From Macrostomum lignano (Eukaryota): a stretch of 32,694 nt of DNA. This document shows, in pieces, positions 1 through 9,543 of this stretch. The first letter of the stretch is position 1; every line of letters begins with the position of its first letter. The notes under the pieces are model-generated. The model had not been told where the DNA came from, searched no databases, and saw only the letters and a list, made by a program, of their open reading frames with translations. The DNA is taken from positions 182,154 to 214,847 of the forward strand of contig NIVC01002491.1 in the NCBI GenBank assembly GCA_002269645.1, in the 5' to 3' direction. The position numbers and the translations under genes were made by a program.

Positions 1-130
1 GGCAGTTACGCATTTCAATTTGCTTCAAATTTTTGTAATTGATTTTTTGTACTATTAACAAACTTCGTACGTACTACTACTTTGTAAGTACTACTATGCA
101 TTTAATGGGTCACACTTTTCCCTTCTCTAT

Positions 131-381
131 CCTTGTCTATCCATGTCTTTCCTTGGGGTTCCCCTCTACCCCTGTCTATACTGGGGGTTCCCCCTCTACC
201 CCGTCTATCCTTGGGGTTCCCCTCTACCCCCGTCTATCCTTGGAGTTCCCCCTCTACCCCCGTCTATCCTTGGGGTTCCCCTCTTGTCTGTTCTTGGGGC
301 TCCCCCGTCTCTCTTGTTTATCTTTGGAGTTTCCCCTCTACCCCATTGTCTATTCTTGGGGTTTCCCTCTACCCCTGTCTC
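131..381. repeat. Minisatellite, about 30-bp unit (CCTTGGGGTTCCCCTCTACCCCYGTCTAT), about 8 copies, intronic
   Basis: Direct reading of tandem units; explains ORFs 39..386, 133..411 and 143..394. Confidence 0.9.
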
Positions 382-492
382 TTTGATTTTCTAAATAGTA
401 TCTCAAACTAGAAAGAAAAGGTCGCAGCCAGAACTGGACTTGAAGCACAAGAAGACGTCGGACCACAGGCAACGTCCGTATAATAATTGCAG

Positions 493-576
493 ACTCAGCC
501 AGCAGAGCTTCACTGAGCCAGCCACATCGCGGGCTGGACTCCGGCTTTCGAGCCGTGTCCATAGCCGATGTCAGCT
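493..576 (+). CDS. CAP-Gly gene internal exon (phase 1/1; SASRASLSQPHRGLDSGFRAVSIADVS)
   Basis: Acceptor ttgcag at 487-492, perfect donor gtgagt at 577, 84 nt open and in phase with exon 1366..1692; no domain motif supports it. Confidence 0.55.
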
Positions 577-3500
577 GTGAGTTGCTGGCGCGGGTCGCAG
601 CTACTTGGCCAATACAATAATATTTGGCTTTTACGATGCAATAAACGCAGCCAGTTAATACCCAGATTCATTCTAAGATTACCACTTGAAGGGTAAATTC
701 GATACTTTCTCGATGTAAACATACGAATTAAAAAAGTAACCTTTAATAAAGGACCGGATCCAAACGTTTTCAGAAAGCGCTTTGTCCGGTACAGCAGCGC
801 TTTCCCTAATTTTTGTTTTCATTCTGATGTTGAACGCTGCGTCTTCAATGCGCTAATTACGTTACAATAGTGCAAATATTATTTTTCCTTTCGTTGTTTC
901 TCCTTCTTATCTAGCAAAATCCTATATTTCTTATTTTAGGTATTACTCGTAGCATCCTGTCAATGTTTTTTCTTATAATTCATTATAAAAGCCTAGTATG
1001 TCATTAGGCGTGTCCCTCTACTGCCTCCGCGTTTCTTATTGGCTATTGCGGTCAAGGCGCCCACCTCCCTCAGCTTCTCTTATTGGTTGCTCCGGTCAAG
1101 GAAGACGCCCACCTCCCTCTGCGTCTCTTATTGGCTGTTCTGGTCAAGGAAGACGCCCACCTCCCTCCGCGTCTCTTATAGGCTGTTCTGGTCAAGGAAG
1201 ACGCTCACCTCCATTCGTGTCTCTAGTTGGCTAATATAATAATGGGAGACGTCCCACCCCCTTCCTCCGCGTCTCTTTTGTCTGTCTCTTTTGGCTGCTC
1301 TAGCTGTGGAAGACTGCATTTCTCAATTCTCATTGGCCTGTTCTATTTCTCCTCCAATCCGCTAGCCATATCAGCGAGCCGCCAGCAGCAGCAACAGCCG
1401 CGGCCCCAGTTCGAGGCGCGCAGCTATCAGCGCTACGAGCAGCCGTTCGAACTGACAGCCTCGGCCACCCTGGACCGGCACTCGCGCTCCCGGTCGCCAG
1501 CCAAGCAGGACTCCGCGCAGACGTTGAAGAAGCGACACCCGATTGTTCCGCCGTTGTCGCTTTCAGGCGCCGCGGATCCGGTCGGCGGCAACGGGACTGC
1601 GGCGGCCGCGCCAGCTGACGATTCGGGCGAATCGACGGACACGATACTCACCGATGTCGAACGGGAGTTTGAAGGCCTCGACGCTGGCAAAGGTGAAGAA
1701 TTTGATACTGTTTATCAATCTGTTTTCATGCCAGAAGAAAATCCTAATGTCCCAAATACTGTACAGGGAAGATTTCTAGTAGCAATATTCCTGGATAAGA
1801 GTTTCTAGACAACAAAGGTAGAATTTTCCTAGAAAAAACTCTCATGGAACTGGAAAAATGTTTTCTTTCATAAAAAGAGTATTGAGATAAAGTTAGCTAA
1901 CGAAAAACAAAATCATCGAGAAGGTATTCAAGGTAACCATAGCAACGCCTTTACTAAATCTTTCAGCCGGCTACCGCAGCAAGTACACGCAGGACTTTTC
2001 CTCTTCCGCGGCCGTTGGAAGCCGCGACAGGCCGAGGCGCCAGTCGTCGCAGCTGCACGGCGGCTCCAGGCACGCCCGCTCCAGCTCCAGTCTGGCCGTC
2101 TACCGGTCGACTGGCAAGGCTCTAGAAAGGCGGCCGCCGTCGCCTCCGCTGTCGCCTCCCCTGACGCCCCCGTCGCCGCCTACCCGGCGCCAGCAGCCGC
2201 AGCAGCCGGAGGGTGGCGTCGTCAGCCCGTTCTCCACCTTAGGCCGGCATCCGTTTGCGCCGAAACGGCACAACGACATTCGAACCGGCGATCTGGTGAA
2301 GTTCACCAGACAGGGCGGCCGAATCTCCAAGGGCCTCGTGCACTATATTGGCCGCCTGCCGGGCAGGAACGACGTGTACCTCGGTGTGGAGCTCGACCAC
2401 GAGGAGGGCAAGCACGATGGGGTGTACGACGGAAGGCGGTACTTTCAGTGGTGAGGAGCGGTTTTATTTAACTCCATGCTCGCACTTTGCCAAAGTCAGC
2501 ATGTTAGCATTTTGCCAAAGTACTGTGTCCATCTGTTCTTCCAGGAGGCCTCAAACTATCCGGCAAAGTGGGCCACTGACTGGTCAGAGATAGCCATAAA
2601 CTTGCTTATTCTCACAGAGTAGTCAAATTAAAGCAATAGCTAGTTTGCACCGTTACAAATTTAGCTGCATTTACTATGAGGATTTAGCTATGGTGCACAA
2701 GACGATGGTGCACACTACAAATACGGTAACTACAATATCTCTAAGAGCTTGTCTCAATTAACTGCATCATATTCTATAGCTATCCGAGTACTTATCCAAA
2801 TGCACAGATGTGTGACACCATTTTGATTGCTGGGTCTCAGATTTGCAGCACGAACTAATATCAAGTTAGTGAAGTTACTAGTTATTGAATCTGTGCCGCC
2901 TGAGTAAAAAATGGCTGATAAAGGCGCTTTGCGTTCGCTGCTTTTGCGAGTTTGTGCCATAAATTTATTTAATCAGCTGTGCAAGCCAGGGTAAAGAGGC
3001 GTTAGGACCCTGGCATCCCTGTTAGCAAACTATGATTCTAGGATTCCAGGAATGCTAACAGGGATGTTTGCCTACCTGGCATCCCGTTTAGCCTTCCTGG
3101 CATCCCGGTTAGTATCCTGGATAGCCTTCCAGGCATCCCCGTTAGCCTCCCTGACATCCCTGTTAGCCTTCCTGGCATCTCGGTTAGCCTACCTGGCATC
3201 CCGGTTAGCCTCCCTGGCATCCCGGTTAGCCTCCCTGGCATCCCTGGTTAGCCTACCTGGCATCTCTGTTAGCCTCCCTGGCATCCCGGTTAGCCTCCTT
3301 GGCATCCCAGTTAGACTCCCTGGCATCCCGGTTAGCCTTTCTGGCATCCCGGTTAGCATTACTGGCATCCCGGTTAGCCTTCCTGGCATCCCGGTTAGCC
3401 TTCCTGGCATCCCGGTTAGCCTTCCTGGCATCCCGGTTAGCCTCCCTGGCATCCCAGTTAGCCTCCCTGGCATCCCGGTTAGCCTCCCTGGCATCCCGGT

Positions 3501-3879
3501 TAGCCTTCCTAGCATCACGGTTAGTATCCCTGGTATCCCGGTTAGTATCCCTGGCATCCCGGTTAGTATCCCTGGCATCCCGGTTAGTATCCCTGGCATC
3601 CCGGTTAGTATCCCTGGCATCCCGGTTAGTATCCCTGGAATCCCGGTTAGTATCCCTGGCATCCCGATTAGTATCCCTGGCATCCCGATTAGTATCCCTG
3701 GCATCCCGATTAGTATCCCTGGCATCCCGGTTAGTATCCCTGGCTGCGCTCCGATATTTCTGTGACACAGAGCTCAACATCCGCCTCTCCACCCCTCCGC
3801 TCATAAAAATTGCAGCAAGTCGCGCAAAGGGGTCTTCGTGGCCTTCAACAAGCTGATCATGTGCTACCAGTCCAAGTGA
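493..3879 (+). CDS. 3' part of a multi-exon gene: Ser/Pro/Gln-rich low-complexity protein with a C-terminal CAP-Gly domain (5' exons outside the window)
   Basis: Exons 493..576, 1366..1692, 1967..2450 and 3816..3879 join in frame (phases 1,1,2) with AG/GT boundaries (ttgcag|ac; ct|gtgagt; gctag|cc; aaag|gtgaag; tttcag|cc; tg|gtgagg; tgcag|c). The spliced C-terminus reads DIRTGDLVKFTRQGGRISKGLVHYIGRLPGRNDVYLGVELDHEEGKHDGVYDGRRYFQC-KSRKGVFVAFNKLIMCYQSK*, which carries the CAP-Gly GVELD..GK(N/H)DG...RYF.C signature. Confidence 0.85.
1012..1280. repeat. Minisatellite, about 48-bp unit (CCCACCTCCCTCYGCGTCTCTTATTGGCTGTTCTGGTCAAGGAAGACG), about 5 copies, intronic
   Basis: Tandem units visible; explains ORFs 998..1234 and 1039..1239. 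Confidence 0.88.
1366..1692 (+). CDS. CAP-Gly gene internal exon (low-complexity, poly-Q)
   Basis: GC-rich part of ORF 1227..1808, with pyrimidine tract plus ag at 1364-1365 and donor gtgaag at 1693; in phase with the next exon. Confidence 0.75.
1967..2450 (+). CDS. CAP-Gly gene exon: Pro-rich linker plus most of the CAP-Gly domain
   Basis: Acceptor tactaaatctttcag; open frame to ...GKHDGVYDGRRYFQ; donor gtgagg at 2451. Confidence 0.9.
3010..3742. repeat. Minisatellite, 21-bp unit (GGCATCCCGGTTAGCCTCCCT / GGCATCCCGGTTAGTATCCCT), about 34 copies, in the last intron of the CAP-Gly gene
   Basis: Tandem units visible; the unit length is a multiple of 3, which produces spurious repeat ORFs on both strands. 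Confidence 0.95.
3816..3879 (+). CDS. CAP-Gly gene last coding exon (C-KSRKGVFVAFNKLIMCYQSK*)
   Basis: Acceptor tgcag at 3811-3815; completes the conserved Cys codon (tg|c) and the terminal G.FV...K strand of CAP-Gly; stop TGA at 3877-3879. Confidence 0.88.
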
Positions 3880-4356
3880 CGCTTCCGGACGACTTTGAGA
3901 TGAATTCTGCCAGCTGAAATACAGCCAGACTGCTGATAAATCATAAATTTTCAGTTTTGCTATATTAAATATTTTACATTTGATTTTTTTAAACCACTAG
4001 CATATCGCCTAATTTTAGTTGAATTCATGCAACTCTATGAGAATCTCCATTTAAGTTTTGCTTAGAAAGTGTCTTCCAGAAGCCCAAATGAACTAGTTAG
4101 TCTATATTTGTCAGCCCCTCCCCGTGCATGCTACTGCCAGTAGTTAGTTTAGTCCGCTCATCGTCAGCATCGCTTGCTTTCTTTCGTAGAAATTTCCTCT
4201 GCTTTTTTGTACCGTTTTTCCTGTTCATCCACACTGGCAACAATTGTCATTTAGTGACTTTTATTTTTGTCCACGAGTTTTTAAAAATTATTTTTAACCT
4301 TCATTTTTTATTTTGACAAAAGTGCGACGAAGACCTGTCCATCACGCAGACATATT

Positions 4357-4362
4357 AATAAA
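4357..4362 (+). promoter_or_regulatory. Candidate polyadenylation signal AATAAA of the CAP-Gly gene
   Basis: Canonical hexamer about 480 nt after the stop codon, following an AT-rich putative 3'UTR; position only. Confidence 0.3.
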
Positions 4363-4571
4363 GAAATGGGGCACAGTGTGCTCTTGATGAAGAAATTCAG
4401 TCTTAATTTTCCTGCTCAAGGTTACCTGTCTAGATCAGATAAGTCGTGTACACTTAGCGACATGCAAGCACCACCTTTTTGTTCAAGTTTTCTGGATTAA
4501 CTGTAATTAATCCATCCCACGTAGATCATCTAAGTACGATTCCCATATTAATTGAAGACAAATCCCGCAGT

Positions 4572-4801
4572 CACAGACTAATCGAGAGCAATTCCCCCTG
4601 AAAGCCACAGACTAACCGAGACCAATTCCCCCTGAAAGCCACAGACTAACCGAGAGCAATTCCCCCTGAAAGCCAAAGACTAATCTAGAGCAAATCCCCC
4701 TGAAAGCCGCAGACTAATCGAGAGCAATTCCCCCTGAGAGCCGCAGACTAATCGAGAGCAATCCCCCCCTGAAAGCCACAGACTAATCGAGAGCAATTCT
4801 C
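4572..4801. repeat. Minisatellite, 34-bp unit (CACAGACTAATCGAGAGCAATTCCCCCTGAAAGC), about 7 copies
   Basis: Unit starts at 4572 and 4606 and continues to about 4800. Confidence 0.92.
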
Positions 4802-5009
4802 CTAAAGTTGACAGAGACTGTGAGTGGTAGCTCATGCCCAAGAAAATAGACAGCAGAAAGAGAATGAAATGGAGCAGAGTGGCGAATATCCATAACATAA
4901 AATCGGAATAAATTTTCCCTTTGCAACCGAAAGCATGACAAGACCGTGGAGAGCCGGTGCGCACGCACTTTAGCGGCGTTGTCAACATGAGTGACAATAG
5001 AAGAGAGAA

Positions 5010-5720
5010 TAATAATGAAGGCAAAGGCTGCAGTTTGTGTAATGAGTAGCATGGAGTGTGCTGAAGTTTCTAAGAATGGATTTGCAAGTCAGGTGGGAAT
5101 TTGTAAAACAGAAGTGACTGTGCTTTAGCTACCTGGGGACAAATCACTTAAGCGGTAGCGTGGAATGAGCTGTGGAATGGACAACTACAAGCGTGGGATA
5201 AGCTGTGGTGTGAACAAGTGGCAAGACGAGACAACCGGCATTTGCTGCATGAGACACACAAAACTCCAATGGCGTTTAAAAATCAGGGGGGCGACCAAGC
5301 GCGAGCGAGAAGCCCCAGAAGCCGGTGGTCAGGAGTCCTGTACGTTGTTGGCGCAGGGTTCGTCACCGATCTTGAGAACAGTACCAGTGATTCTGTCAGA
5401 TGACGACCGGGAGCTGCCAGTGACCTCCATACTTGACGATGCGAGTACGCGTACCTACTTGAGATCTGATACAGCAGGTGATGAAAGTGAAAGGATTGAA
5501 TGGCCAATTAAGCACTTGTCAAACAGCACCGGTGGAGGTCGGCATCCGGAGTCTAGATGAGTCCAATCGAGCGAGAGTGTCGGCGCACACAACGGAAAGA
5601 GTGAAAAGTGATCTGAAAGCAGTCGATTGGACCCGTTTGGCCAGGCAGTGGAGCCACTTGCGTGGAATTCCATTCGATAAGCTTGAAGACAAGCAGACTG
5701 TCGGCATATTTATTGCTTTT
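5010..5720 (+). mobile_element. Degenerate BEL/Pao LTR-retrotransposon fragment: gag zinc-knuckle region plus aspartic protease (DUF1758-like)
   Basis: Broken frames give GCSLCNE*HGVC, KFLRMDLQVRWEFVKQK*LCFSYLGTNH, NRHLLHE, then LRTVPVILS...SILDDASTRTYL and VKGLNGQ...PVEVGIRSLD...VDW..L...WSHLRGIPF. These match BEL/Pao gag CCHC and protease motifs; stops and frameshifts are present. Confidence 0.8.
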
Positions 5721-6057
5721 GATGAACCTGTCAAAAAGTTGAAGGATTGCCCAGTCTTTTGTCAACAAAGAAAAGGCGGAGTTTTAACGGCAACCAACGT
5801 GGGTCTGCTCCGTAGTCTCAGCTCTGGCCATCTTTTTTACTTTATTTCCCTTTGGGCTTCCCACTTCTCATCCATTCGGAGAGCCTGTATCCTAGAATGG
5901 CCTTCGGTGCCATAGGCAGTTACCCAGCTGCATATACTGTAGCTACACCAAGCATAACGAGGACTAGCAGGAATGGATGTCTATGGTAAAATCTCACTGA
6001 AAAAGCATTAGGTGCAGAAATGCATTCCTGCACGGTTTTGTGCATTCCTGCACGATG

Positions 6058-6754
6058 AATAATCCGACAATGATGTAGTGGAGAATGGCTATGAGTGCAC
6101 CAAATGTATTTGACCGAGGGCCCCAGCCCCCCACTATACCACTAGCAAGGACGACTTAAGTAGAAGGACGGGAAACCTCGTTTCTTAGAAAAGTTTTGAA
6201 GGCACTTTTTCCCGAAAAAAATACACTACGGAGACAGGAAGTTTTCATTTTTTCAGCACAAAAATTGTTATTGCGTTTGGTAGGAGGCAGATCCAGTGTT
6301 CATCTTTTGATATGTTGCGCCTTTTTTATTGCTCTATCGATATTTATAAAGCTTTTCGTTCAGAAAATTAGGACTCTATGTTAATTTTTTATTCTACGTA
6401 TATTTTCGCGTGTCTTGTGCTTGAAATACATTAGAATGCCACGGCTCGGCTCTTTAGCTTCATGAGTCTATTTTATCATTCTTACCCGACTGTGTAGCAA
6501 ATATTTGTAACAGAGATGATAAAATAGGTTCATAAAACCAAATATTGGAGCTGTGTCATGCATTTTTGTGATTTTTAGATACAGGAAATATACGTAGAAT
6601 TTTTGATTGTCCATTTTCTCATATTGATTGTCAAAACCAATACTTAAGTCGTCCTTGACCACTAGACTAACTAATGCCAGGGGCGTGGATGCAGCGCCCT
6701 CGGTCAAATACATTTGGTGCACTCATAGCCATTCTCTACTGGCATTGTATTATT
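6058..6754. mobile_element. About 0.7-kb inverted-repeat (MITE/foldback-like) element
   Basis: Perfect 41-bp IR at 6081..6121 / 6696..6736 (extends imperfectly to 6058/6754); perfect 17-bp IR at 6146..6162 / 6641..6657; inner IRs at 6391..6405 / 6586..6600 and about 6461..6478 / 6516..6533. No convincing ORF. Confidence 0.65.
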
Positions 6755-6770
6755 TTGGGCGCCTATTACC

Positions 6771-6853
6771 CATAGACATTTGGAGCGTGCGACAATAAAG
6801 TAGTCTGAGCGTGCAACAATACTTCAATGTTGCACGCTCCAAATATGTCTATG
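6771..6853. repeat. Short palindromic element CATAGACAT-TTGGAGCGTGC...GCACGCTCCAAAT-ATGTCTATG immediately upstream of the recombinase ORF
   Basis: Arms of about 25 bp are near-perfect reverse complements; a third internal copy of GAGCGTGCAACAAT lies at about 6808. Confidence 0.8.
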
Positions 6854-7045
6854 GCCCAAAGATCTGGGCAGTTTAGAGCAGTGAAGAGACGGGCTAAGCC
6901 AAGCCAAGCGAGGTCAGCGAGTTTGCGGCCAAAAAGCTGTCATCATGATTTACGAAGCATCAACGGGCGAGCCTATTGGATTGCTGCATATGTCGTTCGT
7001 TTGTCGTCTTCTGAGATTGGCGAGCGAATCCGGCGGGAGGCGACT

Positions 7046-8248
7046 ATGCAAGGCATGCTGGACGATCTGGCTCAGTTGGATGTGAATGAAATCGAGGCGC
7101 TGTTAGCTGGTCAAGATCCGGAACGAGACTTGCTCAGGGAGATGGATGTAATGCAACTCGACACTACGCCAAAGTCAGCTCTGTTGCAAGAAAAGTGGGC
7201 ACTTCGTAAGTTCAACGAGGTGCTTTCAAGCAAGAACTACGCCTGCGATCTGAATACAGCCGATATCGAACAGTTAGTCACTGGCTTGCGAATCTTCTAT
7301 GCTTTTGTTAGTAAAATTGACAGTGGCTTCTATGCCCCTGCTTCGTTGATTACCGCTCGAGCTGGTGTTTTCCGCTATTTGCTGCGTGTCCGTGACGTTA
7401 ATATTATCGAGGATCCGCGCTTTGCAAAGGCCAACATGCAATTGAAGGCTACAGCCACCATGTGCATCAGATCAGGCGGCACCGTCAGACAGTTCTGCGC
7501 CTTGGAGACAGAGGATCTAGAAAAGCTGCGCCGCTACTTCGATCGAAGTAGCCCGACCATTTTGCAGCAGGAGGTCTACTATGTATTAGCCTTGCAGTTT
7601 GGCTTGCGTGGACGCGAATGGTTCCGTAAGCTAACTACGGATTCTATTGAGAGATGCAACATCAATGGGCGACGCGCATTCAGGCTGGCATCAATGGAAA
7701 CCAAGACTGTGCGAGGAAGTTTAGAAGCGCGGACCTCAGAAGATAGGAAGCAGAGTGTGACTGTCGAAACCTTTGAAAAAGGATGCCCCTACGAGTGTGT
7801 TGAGCTTTACCTGAGCAAGATCGAAGAGGCCAAGAGAAAAGAGGGAGTGTCGAGCTCCGTTGTGTTCATACGTCCCCGAGTACGCGGCTTTGCAGAGTCG
7901 TGGTATTTTGCTAAGCAGGTTGTAGGCGTCAACACTCTTGGGAACATGATGAGTGGCATCTCCAAAGCGGCTAATTTGAGCAAGATTTATACTGGCCACT
8001 GTCTAAGAGTCACCCTGGCAACCGAATTGAGTGCAGCTGGAGTGTCCCTGAGGGATATCAGCGCTGTAACGGGACACAAAACTGAAACAGCTGCACAAAG
8101 GTACATTCGGAACAGCAGAAAGCGTGACGGAGAGATGGCTGGGCTGTCTGTAAGGATCAGTTCCATCGGCGAGGAAAAGAGCGCAAAGGATAGAGAGCCC
8201 GCACGACGAGGTGCGTGTGCCGACGCCCGGCTCAGAGGTACCGGCTGA
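7046..8248 (+). CDS. Tyrosine recombinase of Crypton / DUF3504 type, intronless, 400 aa from the likely start at 7046 (ORF open from 6827)
   Basis: Motifs FGLRGRE, ETKT, CPY..VELYLSK, WY..QVVGVNTLGNMM..IS..A.L...YTGHCLR, TGHK and QRY. The catalytic R261, K293, H391, R394, H417 and Y426 (473-aa ORF numbering) are all present. The N-terminal TTPKS...KWA..F...LRIFY...K.D...Y...SL..RAG..RYL segment fits the Crypton-type core-binding region. Confidence 0.88.
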   Translation: MQGMLDDLAQLDVNEIEALLAGQDPERDLLREMDVMQLDTTPKSALLQEKWALRKFNEVLSSKNYACDLNTADIEQLVTGLRIFYAFVSKIDSGFYAPASLITARAGVFRYLLRVRDVNIIEDPRFAKANMQLKATATMCIRSGGTVRQFCALETEDLEKLRRYFDRSSPTILQQEVYYVLALQFGLRGREWFRKLTTDSIERCNINGRRAFRLASMETKTVRGSLEARTSEDRKQSVTVETFEKGCPYECVELYLSKIEEAKRKEGVSSSVVFIRPRVRGFAESWYFAKQVVGVNTLGNMMSGISKAANLSKIYTGHCLRVTLATELSAAGVSLRDISAVTGHKTETAAQRYIRNSRKRDGEMAGLSVRISSIGEEKSAKDREPARRGACADARLRGTG

Positions 8249-8689
8249 TGCGTTGCTACCGGAGACCAGTGCTCAGGCCGATGCGCGACAGCAACATCTA
8301 CAGCCACGAGGGCTGGAATGGAGATGCAAACGTTGGCTACAGCTATATCGGGCACATTCAACAACTGCCAATTCCACGTGCATATTTCGAACATGCCTTG
8401 ATCCGGCGTACAGCTTGGACCGATTTATACTAAATCCGTTGATTGTTTTGTTCATATTAGGTTTTTATAATGTTACAAACTTGTTTTTTCATATTAAGTT
8501 TTTATAATGTTACAACTGCTAAATATAGCATTAAGTAGTTAGCTCAGACGTTGGCTTCGGTCATAGACATTCAAAGCTATACCCCTAAAAACCCCTCCAA
8601 AATGATACAATGGGATTCCTTCACGTTCACTCGTGCGTGAAGGACATCGTGAACTCTTGCGCTAGCGCGCACTCGTGCAGATGTCATTC

Positions 8690-8915
8690 CCGCACTCGTG
8701 ACCGGTGGATGGAGGAACTCACGACGAATTTGTGGCGGCGATGGATGCGAGGGTGGCTACCTGGACTGCAGCCCAGATCAAGGTGGATCGACCAACAGAG
8801 AAAACTGCAAGTACTCGTCGATGAAGCAGTGCTGGTGGTCAAGCCCGACGCACCGCGAAGTCACTGTCTGCTAGGACAAGTGATTTCGGTCTTCCCGGGA
8901 CAGGACGGTCACGCG
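8690..8915 (+). mobile_element. Degenerate BEL/Pao pol C-terminal fragment (DUF5641-like, post-integrase)
   Basis: LWRRWMRGWLPGLQPRSRW...VLVVKPDAPRSHCLLGQVISVFPGQDG matches the BEL/Pao W.RW..EYLP.LQ.R.KW...VLV....PR..W.LG.V..V.PG.DG motif. Confidence 0.85.
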
Positions 8916-9371
8916 TGAGACGTGTTTCTTTGCCTGACTGTACGACTGTTGCGAGTTGTGTCGTTTTCTTTTTCATTTCTTTTTCATGTGTATTTTTCTA
9001 ATCCTGTTATGAGTAACCTCGAGGCGTAGTGCTTTTCAGGTCGGTCCGATCGTTTCTCGTGGTGACTGCATCGCTGAGAGCGAGCTGTTTGCTCCTCGCA
9101 GCTATTTTCAGTGCTTTGCAGTCACGCTTCTCTTTGACGACAGAAGAATTATTCGAATATGGCAGTTGTTCAACAGCAGTCTTTTTTGCAAACAAAGAGA
9201 TTCTGCTTCGTTATGCGTTTTTGCTTGCGTGTGCTGCTTTTTGTCAGGAAGGGGGAATGCCTAGAAGAGAAAACCGATTAATTAACTTGTCGATTCATCT
9301 ATGCGCACTTTTCATCGTTTAATTTTTTGAGCGCGTGCAGGCTATATGTGCATTTTCGGCGCCAACTGATT

Positions 9372-9459
9372 GTTCTGACTATGGATTTGAGGGCAGGAAT
9401 GAGCGAATCCGAGGGCCGAGGATTCCGCTCATTCCTGCCCTCAAATCCATAGTCAGAAC
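9372..9459. repeat. Near-perfect hairpin: 39/40-bp arms with a 9-bp loop
   Basis: 9372..9410 is the reverse complement of 9420..9459 apart from a 1-bp indel; the loop is GAGGGCCGA. Confidence 0.92.
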
Positions 9460-9479
9460 TATGTTGTTTCACGATTGGC

Positions 9480-9543
9480 CATAGACTAAAACAGCGGGCA
9501 CGGAATGTTGTTGTGTGTCCGCTGCCCTGAGAATTCGTCTATG
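9480..9543. repeat. Short CATAGAC...GTCTATG element with an internal CAGCGG.CAC / GTG.CCGCTG inverted repeat
   Basis: Terminal 7-bp IR plus internal IR; a related left end (CATAGACAAAATCTGCGGGC) lies at 9641. Confidence 0.6.

Noticed and set aside
412-492. Longer version of the first CAP-Gly exon starting at ctag|412
   Set aside because: The only frame open across 412..576 ends in phase 2, which is incompatible with the phase-1 acceptor of the next exon.
3052-3856. Long ORFs on both strands (LASRLAS, MPGILTG, RDARDTN repeats)
   Set aside because: Translations of a 21-bp minisatellite inside a GT-AG intron; they are open only because the unit is a multiple of 3 and lacks stops.
6827-7045. 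N-terminal 73 aa of the 473-aa recombinase ORF
   Set aside because: The upstream ATG lies inside the 6771..6853 hairpin and the peptide has no family resemblance; ATG 7046 is preferred, though not proven.
9007-9322. Overlapping short ORFs between the BEL tail and the hairpin
   Set aside because: No recognisable motif or consistent splice signals; possibly transposon debris but unsupported.
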